A stretch of DNA of 64,000 nt from Rubripirellula sp. (GCA_965216875.1 OZ244207.1:96001-160000), one strand, 5' to 3'; counted from the stretch's first letter, positions 50,862 through 60,344 are shown. Translations and numbers: made by a program. Notes: generated by a model not told the origin, from the sequence alone.

Positions 50862-52034
50862 ATGGAGGCGATGTGGCGCGAAGAGCCTGCGTTCGGCTTT
50901 GGCGTCGATCCACTCAATCCGCATCCGCCGCGTCCCATCGACGCGGTCGGCGGACGTTCGACCGATGACCTTCGTCGACGGGTCATGCAGGCCTGTCCGC
51001 GCGTTCCAGGTGTCTATGGAATGCTCGATCGCAAAGGCCAATTGATCTACGTCGGCAAGAGTAAATCGTTGCGGTCGCGTTTGCTGAGCTACTTTGCGGC
51101 ATCCAATGCCGAAGAAAAAGGTGGACGGATCATCGAGGCCGCTCGAGCGATCCAGTGGGAGACTCAGCCGAGCGAGTTTGCCGCACTCGCGCGCGAGCAA
51201 CAATTGATCCGCATGTTCAGTCCACGCTGGAATGTGCAAGGCGTTCCCAAACGTCAACGACCTGTCTATCTGTGTCTCGGGCGTTCGCCAGCGGCCTACT
51301 TCTTCCTCAGCCCCAAACCGCCGACCGATTGTGTCGCCGTCGAAGGCCCCTTTCACGGCGCGGGGCGAATGGCGCAAGCGGTCGACTCTCTTAACAAAGT
51401 GTTTCGGCTCCGCGACTGCAGCCAGCAACAAGAGTTTCGCTTTGCTGACCAGTTACAGCTATTTGATCTCGAGTACCGTCCAGGTTGTTTGCGGCTTGAA
51501 ATCGGGACCTGCAGCGGTCCGTGTGCCGCGGCGTGTACGCGCGAAGCGTACGATGCGCAAGTGAGTGCTGCCGAGAGCTTTCTTGATGGTTTCAATGACG
51601 AACCACTGACCGTCATTCAAGAACAGATGGATACCGCGATCAACAATCGCCAATACGAACTCGCCGGGCGTGCCCACGAGACACTCAAATCGGTCAAGTA
51701 CGTTTACCGCAAACTGATGATGCTCGCGCGGGCACGCCGCAAGTTCACCTTCATTTACGGAGTGCCCGGGTACGATGGTTGCGGAACGTGGTATTTGATC
51801 CACTGTGGTGAAATCGCCGATGCCATCGTCGCCCCTCGGCGACCCGAAGACTTTGCAGCGATCGAGCCGACGTTGAAGCAATGGCAATCGGCAATGTCAA
51901 ATCAGATCGACCGGGGGCACGGCGCTTACCCGCACACATTGTCGTTGGTTGCCACATGGTTCAAAAAGCACCGCGAGCAACTCGAGTGCACCTTCAACCC
52001 GGCGCAAGCGAAGCGGTCGATGGTCACGTCGTGA
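50862..52034 (+). CDS. UvrC-like (Cho-type) GIY-YIG endonuclease with Cys cluster and UVR-like helix; no RNase H-like domain
   Basis: PGVYGM...LIYVGKSKSLRSRLLSYF, E..LI....PRWN, LRDC...CLRLEIGTCSGPC, EQMDTAINNRQYELAG. Confidence 0.85.
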   Translation: MEAMWREEPAFGFGVDPLNPHPPRPIDAVGGRSTDDLRRRVMQACPRVPGVYGMLDRKGQLIYVGKSKSLRSRLLSYFAASNAEEKGGRIIEAARAIQWETQPSEFAALAREQQLIRMFSPRWNVQGVPKRQRPVYLCLGRSPAAYFFLSPKPPTDCVAVEGPFHGAGRMAQAVDSLNKVFRLRDCSQQQEFRFADQLQLFDLEYRPGCLRLEIGTCSGPCAAACTREAYDAQVSAAESFLDGFNDEPLTVIQEQMDTAINNRQYELAGRAHETLKSVKYVYRKLMMLARARRKFTFIYGVPGYDGCGTWYLIHCGEIADAIVAPRRPEDFAAIEPTLKQWQSAMSNQIDRGHGAYPHTLSLVATWFKKHREQLECTFNPAQAKRSMVTS

Positions 52035-52064
52035 TCCGTCACGTCGTGACTGGCACCGGCAAAC

Positions 52065-52838
52065 CTATTTGCCGCGTCCAAGAAGATGATTCATGATCGG
52101 GGGTGCAAGGCGATCGGCGTAAACGAGCGCCTTGCCGCCGACGCTTAGGATGACTTCGCTGCGACGAGCGCAGATGGCGGCGAGAGTGGCTCGGGCCACA
52201 CGCTCGGGCGCCCAACTGCCGATACTGTTCGATTTCGCCGATGCGTCTGTTTCGATTAGAGAATCGAAGAACTCACTACGCGTCGTGCTGGGACTGACAA
52301 GTGTGACTTGGATGCCGTCGCCGGTCAGTTCGGCTCGCAGGGAATCGCTCAACCCGTGCATCGCAAACTTGCTCGCGCAGTACTCGCTTTTGTCAGGCAC
52401 GGCACGGTGTCCCAAAACGCTGCTGACATTGCAAATCACGGGTGCACGGCCACGACGCAATGCGGGAAGGCAGCTGCGGATGAGTTCAGCGGGGGCGAAA
52501 AAGTTGACTTCCATCACGCGGCGAAGGCGTTCTTCGGTTGCGTCGGCAAACGGGCCAATCGCGCCGATCCCGGCATTGTTGACAAGCAAGTCGATTTTGC
52601 CGCCGCCAATTTCGCTGGCCGCTTCGACGACTCGATCGCGGATGTTTGCGTCGGTGATGTCGCCGACGACGGGTACTACTTTGGCATCCGTCGGGCTGGT
52701 CATCGATTCGATGCGTTCACGCCGGGCAACGGCGACCACATGACAGCCTCGTTGCAACAGCAGATCGCAAAGGGCTTCGCCGATTCCGCTGCTGGCACCG
52801 GTCACAATGGCGACCGATTCTTCAGGTTTCCAACGCAT
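52065..52838 (-). CDS. SDR family NAD(P)-dependent oxidoreductase
   Basis: TGASSGIG, NNAG, SS, YCASK. Confidence 0.93.
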   Translation of the reverse strand: MRWKPEESVAIVTGASSGIGEALCDLLLQRGCHVVAVARRERIESMTSPTDAKVVPVVGDITDANIRDRVVEAASEIGGGKIDLLVNNAGIGAIGPFADATEERLRRVMEVNFFAPAELIRSCLPALRRGRAPVICNVSSVLGHRAVPDKSEYCASKFAMHGLSDSLRAELTGDGIQVTLVSPSTTRSEFFDSLIETDASAKSNSIGSWAPERVARATLAAICARRSEVILSVGGKALVYADRLAPPIMNHLLGRGK

Positions 52839-52863
52839 GTTCGAAGATCCGACTGCCGCGGCG

Positions 52864-54237
52864 TTAAGCGACTTCGCTTGGAGGGTCTGTCAACGGCATC
52901 GACTGTGTCACGTCGCCCGAAGCTTCATTGCCGGAACCAGCATCGCTCAAGCCCTGGTTCCCCAAATCGCGGATTTCCAATGCACTCTTGTAGACCGGTC
53001 CCATTGCCGCTGCGGGGAGACGAACGTGCACGGTGATCACCGTTTCGCCGAACTCACGCGAAAGGACTTCGCCCTTGCTGGCAAGGTAGGCGAGTAACTT
53101 TCCGTCCGCGGGTGAGACATCCACTTCCACATCAGCAAACTCGCGCCCGAGCGCTTGGCCCACTGCTTCGGTCAGCTGCACGAAACCTTTCTTGCTACGA
53201 GCACTGACGGGAATCGCATTTGGATAGCGATCGAGCACGCGGTTGAGCACGGCGGGTTGGTGAATCGCATCGACCTTGTTCAGGACCAGTAATGTGTCCT
53301 TTTCGTCAATGTCAAGTTCTTTCAAAACTCGATAGACGGCAGAGATCTGGTCGAACACCGTCGGGCTGCTCGCATCGGCAACATGAAGCAGCAGTTCGGC
53401 TTGACGCGTTTCTTCCAACGTGGATTTAAAACTGGCGACCAACGAGTGGGGGAGGTCTCGAATGAACCCGACCGTATCGCTCAGCAGCACCGTGCCCCAA
53501 CCGGCAAGGTTCCATCGCCGCGTTCGGGTATCAAGGGTCGCGAACAGTTTGTCTTCGGCCAACACGTCCGCTTCGGTGAGCGCGTTCATCAACGTACTTT
53601 TGCCGGCATTGGTGTAGCCGACAAGCGAAACCGTAGGCGCTTCTTTGCGACCGAGCACCTGTTGCTCGCGTCGACGTTCGACTTTTGAGAGTTCTTGCTT
53701 GAGGTCGTGAATGCGCTTTTGAGCCAACCGGCGGTCAACTTCAAGTTGCTTTTCACCAGGACCACGCATCCCGACACCCATCGCTTGTCGCGACAAGTGG
53801 GTCCACATGCGTTTGAGTCGCGGAAGTGAATACTCGAGCTGGGCAAGCTCGATGGCTAAACGCGATTCGTACGTCCGTGCGCCCGCGGCGAAGATATCGA
53901 GGATCAACTCCGTCCGATCGAGCACTTTGGCTTTGGTTGACTTTTCCAAGTTGCGAACCTGTGCCGGTGTCAGATCATTATCAAACACGATCACATCAGC
54001 GTTGTGCCGTTCGACCATCAGACGCAACTCTTCAACCTTGCCCTTTCCCAGGTAGGTCGAATGATCAGCGGTTGGTCGTCGCTGGACGAGTTCGTCGACC
54101 ACTTCTGTTCCGGCGGTCGTCGCCAAGCCATAGAGTTCCTCGAGCGGATCTGCCGGTACGCGGTCATCTGGCAAGATCAGCCGTGCCAAGATGCTACGCT
54201 CGGGCGAATCATCTTGGACTTTGATTGGTTCACGCAC
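52864..54237 (-). CDS. hflX: GTPase HflX
   Basis: DRTELILDIFA, RGPGEKQLEVDRR, GYTNAGKST, LFATLD, DTVGFI, FKSTLEE, NKVD. Start moved to GTG 54237 behind GGAGG. Confidence 0.96.
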   Translation of the reverse strand: MREPIKVQDDSPERSILARLILPDDRVPADPLEELYGLATTAGTEVVDELVQRRPTADHSTYLGKGKVEELRLMVERHNADVIVFDNDLTPAQVRNLEKSTKAKVLDRTELILDIFAAGARTYESRLAIELAQLEYSLPRLKRMWTHLSRQAMGVGMRGPGEKQLEVDRRLAQKRIHDLKQELSKVERRREQQVLGRKEAPTVSLVGYTNAGKSTLMNALTEADVLAEDKLFATLDTRTRRWNLAGWGTVLLSDTVGFIRDLPHSLVASFKSTLEETRQAELLLHVADASSPTVFDQISAVYRVLKELDIDEKDTLLVLNKVDAIHQPAVLNRVLDRYPNAIPVSARSKKGFVQLTEAVGQALGREFADVEVDVSPADGKLLAYLASKGEVLSREFGETVITVHVRLPAAAMGPVYKSALEIRDLGNQGLSDAGSGNEASGDVTQSMPLTDPPSEVA

Positions 54238-54471
54238 GGTAAAGTGGGGTTCCTCCGCAGTTTGTCGAGCCCGCAAAAAGGGATGGGAAAGGTGGACAGA
54301 AACAGGCTCGACCGTCTCTAACAGTCTACTTCAAATCGGCGATTGCGGCAGGGGGATTTTTTGTGATGCCGCTGGGCAAACCGCTGGGCAAAACGAGTTG
54401 CTAGACCGCGATTTACAGCGTTTTACGGTCGCAGATTGATGGACGTTTTTCAAACCAAATAGGTTCAGTCT

Positions 54472-54842
54472 GTAGGCCGGATCAAGGAGCGACAGCGACA
54501 CAGATCCGGCATGGTACTTGGCTCTTTTACAAGTCGAACGCGCTAGCAAGCGTCGGGCGCTGCACTCAACGTAGCTACGCTCGCCAGAGCGTGGTGATCG
54601 TGGGAAGGGGTATGGCAACGGGAACCACCTTCTGGCGAAGGTAGCTACGGGCATCGAATCGGACACCGAGCGAGCGCGACAAGGCTGAGCCGAACGCGCT
54701 AGCGTCGGGCGTTGCACTCAACGTAGCTACGCTCGCCAGAGCGTGGTGATCGTGGGAAGGGGTATAGCAACGGGAACCACCTTCTGGCGAAGGTAGCTAC
54801 GGGCATCGAATGCAACACCGACGCTAGCGCGTTCGGCTCACG
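54472..54842. repeat. Family E unit followed by a tandem (152-bp period) nested A/B REP composite
   Basis: B doublets at 54571/54625 and 54723/54777 with near-identical spacers; the second is enclosed by inverted family A arms 54686-54710 and 54818-54840. Confidence 0.9.
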
Positions 54843-54857
54843 GGCTGGGAACACGTC

Positions 54858-56285
54858 TCACCGATCAAAGGTCGACTTAGAACGCAGGATGTGATGATAG
54901 TGCTGTGCGAATCGGTGTGATTCGTCTCGCACGTATTGAAGTAACCGAAGCGCAAACGCATTTCGCGACAATCGAAGGGGCTCCGATTCACCAGGACGAA
55001 AAATCTCTTCTTCGCGTTTGGCAAGCGAAATGACGGCCGGCGGCGTGATGTCTTGGTCGCGAAACGCCGCCATCGCCGCGTTGAGCTGTCCTTTGCCACC
55101 ATCAATCAACAGGATGTCGGGAAAGGATTCACCCGAGTCGGAGAGCTTGCGGAAACGTCGTGAGACGACTTCGTAGATGCTCCGAAAGTCGTCGATGCCG
55201 TCAACATCTTGAATTCGAAATCGCCGGTATCCTGGTTTGAAAGGAAGGCCGTCGATGAATTGAACCAAACTCGCAACCGTTTCGCCGCCACCGAGATGGG
55301 CGATATCGACTCCTTCGATCACACGCGGCGTTTCAGGCAATTCGAGGACTTTGCGAAGCCCGGCCAATCCCTTCTTGGGATCAATGTAAAAGACTTCGGG
55401 CTGGGCGTGCGTGTCGAGTTCGCCGCGTTCTTCGAGACGCTCGAGCATATTGATCTCGTCACGCAACACAGCGGCTCGTTCAAAATCGAGTGCCTTGCTG
55501 GCCGCCATCATTTCATCATGCATCTCCTTGAGTAGGCGTTTCTTGCCGCCTTCGAGGAAGGTTTGCAGCCGTTTGATGTCGCGACGGTACTCTTCCTTGC
55601 TAATGCGGAAGTTACAGGGCGCCGTGCATTGATTGATGCTCGCGAGCAGACACGGACGGAACCAATTCCAACGTTCATCCGATTCGCTGATGTCGAGCGT
55701 GCAGGTGCGGAATTTGAAGATCTTTTGTAGTACTTGAATCGCACCGCGAAGTGCTCCCGCGCTTGCGAAAGGGCCATAGAGTTTGACTCCCTTCGCTTTG
55801 GGTTCGCGCGTCACTTCCACACGCGGGAACTCTTCGCGCGTCGTGATCATCAGGTACGGAAACGTCTTGTCGTCTTTGAGTTCCTTGTTGTGCTTTGGCT
55901 GAATATCCTTGATCAGCCTCGATTCCATCAGCAGCGCGTCGACTTCACTTTCACACTCGACGTAGTCGATGTCCGCGATCTCGTGAATCCACGGGGACGT
56001 GCGTTGGTCTTCGGCCGCCGCTTTAAGAAAATAGCTTCCCGCACGACTGCGCAGATTCTTGGCCTTGCCGACGTAGATCACGATCCCGGCCAGGTCCTTC
56101 ATCAGATAGACGCCCGGAAGTTGCGGGAACGACCTTACCTTTTCGGCAGCATGGTCGAAGCCGAGCGAATCACTCTCGGAGACCTCGCTTTGCGCAGCAG
56201 GATCGGTCGCATCATCAGCTTGCGGACTTTGCGGCTGGGGGTTGCCTTGCGCGTCAGGTTCGTGGGGGCGATCTTGCTCAGTCAT
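54858..56285 (-). CDS. uvrC: Excinuclease ABC subunit UvrC (compact, lacks C-terminal HhH)
   Basis: PGVYLMKD...IYVGKAKNLRSR, Cys cluster, FERAAVLRD, IEGVDIAH, DDFRSI, PDILLIDGGKGQL, LAKREE, RDESHRFA. Start moved to 56285. Confidence 0.93.
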   Translation of the reverse strand: MTEQDRPHEPDAQGNPQPQSPQADDATDPAAQSEVSESDSLGFDHAAEKVRSFPQLPGVYLMKDLAGIVIYVGKAKNLRSRAGSYFLKAAAEDQRTSPWIHEIADIDYVECESEVDALLMESRLIKDIQPKHNKELKDDKTFPYLMITTREEFPRVEVTREPKAKGVKLYGPFASAGALRGAIQVLQKIFKFRTCTLDISESDERWNWFRPCLLASINQCTAPCNFRISKEEYRRDIKRLQTFLEGGKKRLLKEMHDEMMAASKALDFERAAVLRDEINMLERLEERGELDTHAQPEVFYIDPKKGLAGLRKVLELPETPRVIEGVDIAHLGGGETVASLVQFIDGLPFKPGYRRFRIQDVDGIDDFRSIYEVVSRRFRKLSDSGESFPDILLIDGGKGQLNAAMAAFRDQDITPPAVISLAKREEEIFRPGESEPLRLSRNAFALRLLQYVRDESHRFAQHYHHILRSKSTFDR

Positions 56286-56375
56286 CCAATGACTTGCCGG
56301 AGTGTTTTGGGGCGTAAGGAATGTACACAATAGGCAAGCCGATGGCGCTACCCGGATCGGGGCGTCTGCTACCGG

Positions 56376-57719
56376 TCAGTTTTCGTCCAAACCGTTCTTG
56401 ATCAGATTGCGTGGCAGCGCGGCCAGGTCATTGTGCTCGGTCACCGGCGCGTCGGTCACGGGTGGTTCGCCATCGAAACGAAATCGACGGATTCGTTTCC
56501 AAACGTCCGTTCCGTCGAGCGTCTCGATAAATGCGTTCCATTGCTGACGCTGCGAATGATCAAGCGACGCGTGCCAGTCCTGGTACTGCTTGATCGCTTC
56601 CCCCTTGAGTACGACTTTTCCGAACCGTCTGGTTTGCGTTTTCACGTCGGGTGTGGCCCAAGTTGCGTGAGCGAAGAAAGGTGGCGAGCCTTTTGGACCC
56701 TCCAGCACACCGATCTTGCCCTCCCAAACCACACGGCTCGCCTCGGCGTCCCAAACGCCGTTTGTCTCGATTGGCTCGTCATCCAAATGAAGTGTAAGTT
56801 GCAAAGAATGGCGACCACCGCTTGATGACAGAAACGCGAGCAGGAAGTCCTGCAGTATCAAATCCATGGGATCAGGTTTGTCTTGATCCTCATCGGTTTC
56901 TTGTCGAGAGACGGCGTCCGCATACTCAGCAGTGGACGCAAGGTAACTCTCGAAGGACTCTTGCGCCTGTTCTTCATCGGCCAGGAAATCGAACGCTTCG
57001 GCCGAATTCATCCCTGACTTTGCTGCGAGCAGTTTCGGAATCAGGTCGGACCAAAGTTCGTCCGCATTCCCTGCGTGTGTGAGCGCCATCCACTGGCGTG
57101 CTGAAAAGTAGTCGCGTTCGATGAAGTACAAGCCAATTCTTGCCTGAGCTGTCGCATCGCCCGAGCCGTCATTCGATGTCGACCAGATTTGCAGGCTGAT
57201 GTTCTTCAGGTCTCGACGGAGTTCGATATCAAGAAAGCGGGTCAGCGAGTCGAGGTCGTTATGCCCTTGTAGTTCCCGCTTCATCCAACCAACGAGGTGG
57301 TTCGCCAAACGATCGACTGCTTCAAGACGTTCGCTCACGCCAACGGTGTAGTCCTCATTCCCTCGAATTCGCTCCACGTACATGGATGTCGAACCAAACG
57401 GACCATCGATGACCGAATATCGACCAGCACCGCCGACGTCGCCCGGCATCTTTTCGGCGAACGTCGATTCGAACCGATGCTTTTGTGCCAAGTTCGCGGG
57501 CACGCTCGCTTCGGGGTAGTGCGTCGCGATCCGCTCAAGTTCTTCTTGAGGGAAATTGATGACTGTTTTGGAATCGCCTGAACTTGCCAAGTTCCAACAA
57601 GTCAGTTCACGCTTCATGCCCTCCGGGTGCGGTGTCAACGCAACTTCATAGCGAAGTGATTGACACCCTAGGACGAATGCGAGCGTTGAGAGAAAGAGTG
57701 CTTGTGGGATCCGATGCAT
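56376..57719 (-). CDS. Hypothetical lipoprotein
   Basis: MHRIPQALFLSTLAFVLG-C lipobox; 447-aa ORF; no family recognised. Confidence 0.75.
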   Translation of the reverse strand: MHRIPQALFLSTLAFVLGCQSLRYEVALTPHPEGMKRELTCWNLASSGDSKTVINFPQEELERIATHYPEASVPANLAQKHRFESTFAEKMPGDVGGAGRYSVIDGPFGSTSMYVERIRGNEDYTVGVSERLEAVDRLANHLVGWMKRELQGHNDLDSLTRFLDIELRRDLKNISLQIWSTSNDGSGDATAQARIGLYFIERDYFSARQWMALTHAGNADELWSDLIPKLLAAKSGMNSAEAFDFLADEEQAQESFESYLASTAEYADAVSRQETDEDQDKPDPMDLILQDFLLAFLSSSGGRHSLQLTLHLDDEPIETNGVWDAEASRVVWEGKIGVLEGPKGSPPFFAHATWATPDVKTQTRRFGKVVLKGEAIKQYQDWHASLDHSQRQQWNAFIETLDGTDVWKRIRRFRFDGEPPVTDAPVTEHNDLAALPRNLIKNGLDEN

Positions 57720-57820
57720 CGTTGTGTTCCCCCAGAGTCTCGTTGATGACGGGGCCTACCTGAACGGAGTATGCCGACACCTTCAGTCTATCGGGAACAC
57801 AACACGCTTGCCGGGCAATT

Positions 57821-58339
57821 TCACTCCGCCGGTGGCATCGGTGTGTTGATTCCAACAAGGAATCCGTTGATCTCGCGCACGTAAGCGACTGTCTGCCCCC
57901 ACGGTTTGACCTTGGGTTCGGCAACACAGGTGCACCCTGCTGCGATCGCGCGATCGTAGGCTGCGGGAACGTCATCGGTCACGAAACCGATGTCAACCGG
58001 AGGTGCCAATTCCGCAAGATCGTTTGGTTGGAACTCGATGCCTTGCGAGCGCGCAAGGGTGTGAGAGACGAAACCGAGCGTTGTCGCACCGGTGTTGAGT
58101 TCGCCGTAGGCTTCTTCCCCTTCGACGCTATAAAACTTGCGTTCGACTCCGAACGCCTCGGTAAAGAAGGTGAGTGTCGCGTCGACGTCGGCAACGTAAA
58201 AAAGCATGTATCCAAGTTGCATGGTTTCTTGTTTCTCAGTGGAGTTATCGGTTGATTGGGTTCGCTCACAACCAACAACCAATGCACCGAGACTTGTCAC
58301 ACAGCAGACGACAACGATAAGGAGAGGCAGTTGCTTCAT
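57821..58339 (-). CDS. VOC/glyoxalase family protein with an apparent N-terminal lipoprotein signal (alternative start 58222)
   Basis: YVADVDATLTFF..AFG, YGELNTG, FVTDDVPAAYDRAIAAG, KPWGQTVAYVR..NG. Confidence 0.88.
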   Translation of the reverse strand: MKQLPLLIVVVCCVTSLGALVVGCERTQSTDNSTEKQETMQLGYMLFYVADVDATLTFFTEAFGVERKFYSVEGEEAYGELNTGATTLGFVSHTLARSQGIEFQPNDLAELAPPVDIGFVTDDVPAAYDRAIAAGCTCVAEPKVKPWGQTVAYVREINGFLVGINTPMPPAE

Positions 58340-58456
58340 GGGAATCGCGTTTTCGGTGGATGGACTGGTTGGGATGCCAGTCGGCGATTCTTGCAGGCGA
58401 TGTCAAACGCGTCTTGGAAAAATGGAAACCGCCGATCGCGACTTCGGCCGGAGGCG

Positions 58457-59239
58457 TTAAAGCTGTGACGGCAGTACACCGGCGAGTTGACGGCACTCGT
58501 TGATCAAGTGCGACTGGTCGTAGTATCCGGCATCCAACGCGACCGCTGTCCAATCGATTGGTTGGTTGTTCTGCACCACATCGACGACTTGCTGTAAACG
58601 CATCACGCGCTGAAACACCTTAGGACTGACTCCGACTTGCTGGCGGAACAGCTTGCCGAGACCCTGTCGAGAAATGTCCATTTCGCGTGCAAGGTTTTCG
58701 ACGGTTTGGTTTTTAGCAGCAAGTTGTTGGACCGCAAATTCGATTCGGCGGTCGAACGAACGGAGGGTGACCAGGCGGTTCAGCAACAACTGTTCAACCG
58801 CAGTGACGGCAGGTGGCCGGGTCGTGTTCCGGACGCCTGAATGGATGCCCGATCCGATGCTCGGCTCATTCGCGAGTTCGCACAGCCTTGCAATGTCCCA
58901 ATCCCCCACGTCCCAGTCCCCCACCAATTCATGTTGAGCATCGGTGATTTCACAGGCATTGATTCCCAGGAAGGGGACCGCACCGCCAGGCTGAAACCGC
59001 ACCGCAACCAGGTTCACCGGTCCGGTGGGACGGAACAGGAGTGCCTGCGTCATCGTTCCCACCATCCTTGCCGAGGGAGCCGAGTGGTTGCCAAGGTCGA
59101 AGAGGATGTCGATGCATCCGTCTGGCAGGACTCGGTATTCACCCGAGGGCTCGGGAACACGAGAGGTCCAGTAACAGGCCACGTGCCGCCGCAATCGGGG
59201 ACAGGGAAGGAATTCTCGGTATCTCGACGTCTCGCTCAT
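58457..59239 (-). CDS. AraC family transcriptional regulator (DUF6597-type N-terminus)
   Basis: VLPDGCIDILF, VRFQPGG, FRQQVGVSPK...R, GYYDQSHLINEC..LAG..P. Confidence 0.92.
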   Translation of the reverse strand: MSETSRYREFLPCPRLRRHVACYWTSRVPEPSGEYRVLPDGCIDILFDLGNHSAPSARMVGTMTQALLFRPTGPVNLVAVRFQPGGAVPFLGINACEITDAQHELVGDWDVGDWDIARLCELANEPSIGSGIHSGVRNTTRPPAVTAVEQLLLNRLVTLRSFDRRIEFAVQQLAAKNQTVENLAREMDISRQGLGKLFRQQVGVSPKVFQRVMRLQQVVDVVQNNQPIDWTAVALDAGYYDQSHLINECRQLAGVLPSQL

Positions 59240-59424
59240 GAATTGGTGGGCTGCAGGAAATTGCGGCCGTCGTGGCTGGATGACGCATCTAATTTAGCCG
59301 CGATTTCGGCAAAGGGACAAATCGGGGTAAATGGGGTAGAATCGAACCGGTCGAAAACGAGACCAACAGACAACCTTTCCTCACCAAACAGCCTTTACTC
59401 ATTGGTGCCTTGGGAGACTTAGAC

Positions 59425-60255
59425 ATGTTCCGCTACTTCGTCGGATCGGTCACAGGCCTATTGCTTGTCGCATTGGCGACACCCGCCGATGCTCAAATCG
59501 TTCGCATCGGACCTTATGGTGGCGTCAGCATTCGGGCGCCCTTTGTTGCGGTCGACACCTCACCCTGGGGTGGCGCGCGAGTCCGGGCACCATTCACTGC
59601 TGTTGATACCGGCGTCTACGGCGGTTACTACCCCGTGCATCCAAGGCTGGGGTACGTCGTGCCCGCGCCGGCGGTGGTGTATCCGCCCGTGGTTGAGGTG
59701 CCGGTGCCGGTTTACGAGCCTGTGCCTGTCCAGGTTTATCCTCCTGTCGAACCCTATTCGGCGAGTCGACCGGTCGGATCATCCGATCCGATCTTGCTTG
59801 CCGAACAACTTCGCGCCGCGGCATTGCAACTTGGTGAAAGTTTGAACCGGCGCCGTGACGATGGCGATGTATGGTTGAAGTACCTCGGTCCCGGTCAGAT
59901 CGTCGACGCGGTCGATCGACGCGTGGATCCGCAAAGCTTGAAGTCGCTCTTGGCCAACTATGACGGTGTTGTTGGCAACGGCCAGCTCGGTTCCATTCGC
60001 GCTGCACGCGGCTTTAGCGAAACACGAGCGCTGTTGCGGCAATACATCCAACAGGGTGCTGCACCGACGGTGGCTGAACCCCAGCAACCGGTTCCGCCAT
60101 TGGAGCCGCGCGAAGCACCGCAACAACCGATCCAGCCCGCCGACGGTCCCGAGCAGTTGCCGGTTCCGCCACCACCGGCGGATGATTTGGATGCTGGAGT
60201 GCGTGAAAGCGAGCCTGGAGAGCTGGTGCGTCGACCCGCACCAACACCGATCTGA
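59425..60255 (+). CDS. Secreted proline-rich hypothetical protein
   Basis: GGAGA RBS, signal peptide ending ADA-Q, twice-repeated GG-x-x-[IV]RAPF, Pro-rich linker and tail. Confidence 0.75.
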   Translation: MFRYFVGSVTGLLLVALATPADAQIVRIGPYGGVSIRAPFVAVDTSPWGGARVRAPFTAVDTGVYGGYYPVHPRLGYVVPAPAVVYPPVVEVPVPVYEPVPVQVYPPVEPYSASRPVGSSDPILLAEQLRAAALQLGESLNRRRDDGDVWLKYLGPGQIVDAVDRRVDPQSLKSLLANYDGVVGNGQLGSIRAARGFSETRALLRQYIQQGAAPTVAEPQQPVPPLEPREAPQQPIQPADGPEQLPVPPPPADDLDAGVRESEPGELVRRPAPTPI

Positions 60256-60274
60256 TATCACACCCATTCTTAAA

Positions 60275-60335
60275 GTAGGGTGGCGTGCTTGCACGCACCG
60301 TAACAACCCGTCCTTGGTGCGTGCAGGCACACACC
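60275..60335. repeat. Family C REP doublet (GTAGGGTG-CGTGCTTGCACGCACC ... GGTGCGTGCA-GCACACACC)
   Basis: Direct-orientation copy of 61156-61220 including the spacer GTAACAACCCG. Confidence 0.85.
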
Positions 60336-60344
60336 AAGCGGTTG

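Noticed and set aside
54331..54717. ORFs 54331..54717, 50498..50758, 17801..18154, 21597..21899, 29876..30250 and 61026..61454
   Set aside because: They are translations of intergenic REP repeats (recurring VATFARRW, ATLARAW or CRACTHR peptides) or run antisense into real genes.
54535..54842. CRISPR-like look of 24-bp repeats with ~30-nt spacers
   Set aside because: The arms are inverted rather than direct, occur as dispersed doublets, the two spacers here are near-identical, and there are no cas genes. This fits REP/REPIN.
19579..56285. A DNA-repair island (RecQ, DEDDh-BRCT, Cho-like, UvrC)
   Set aside because: The genes are scattered over 37 kb among unrelated genes, which is ordinary for planctomycete gene order.
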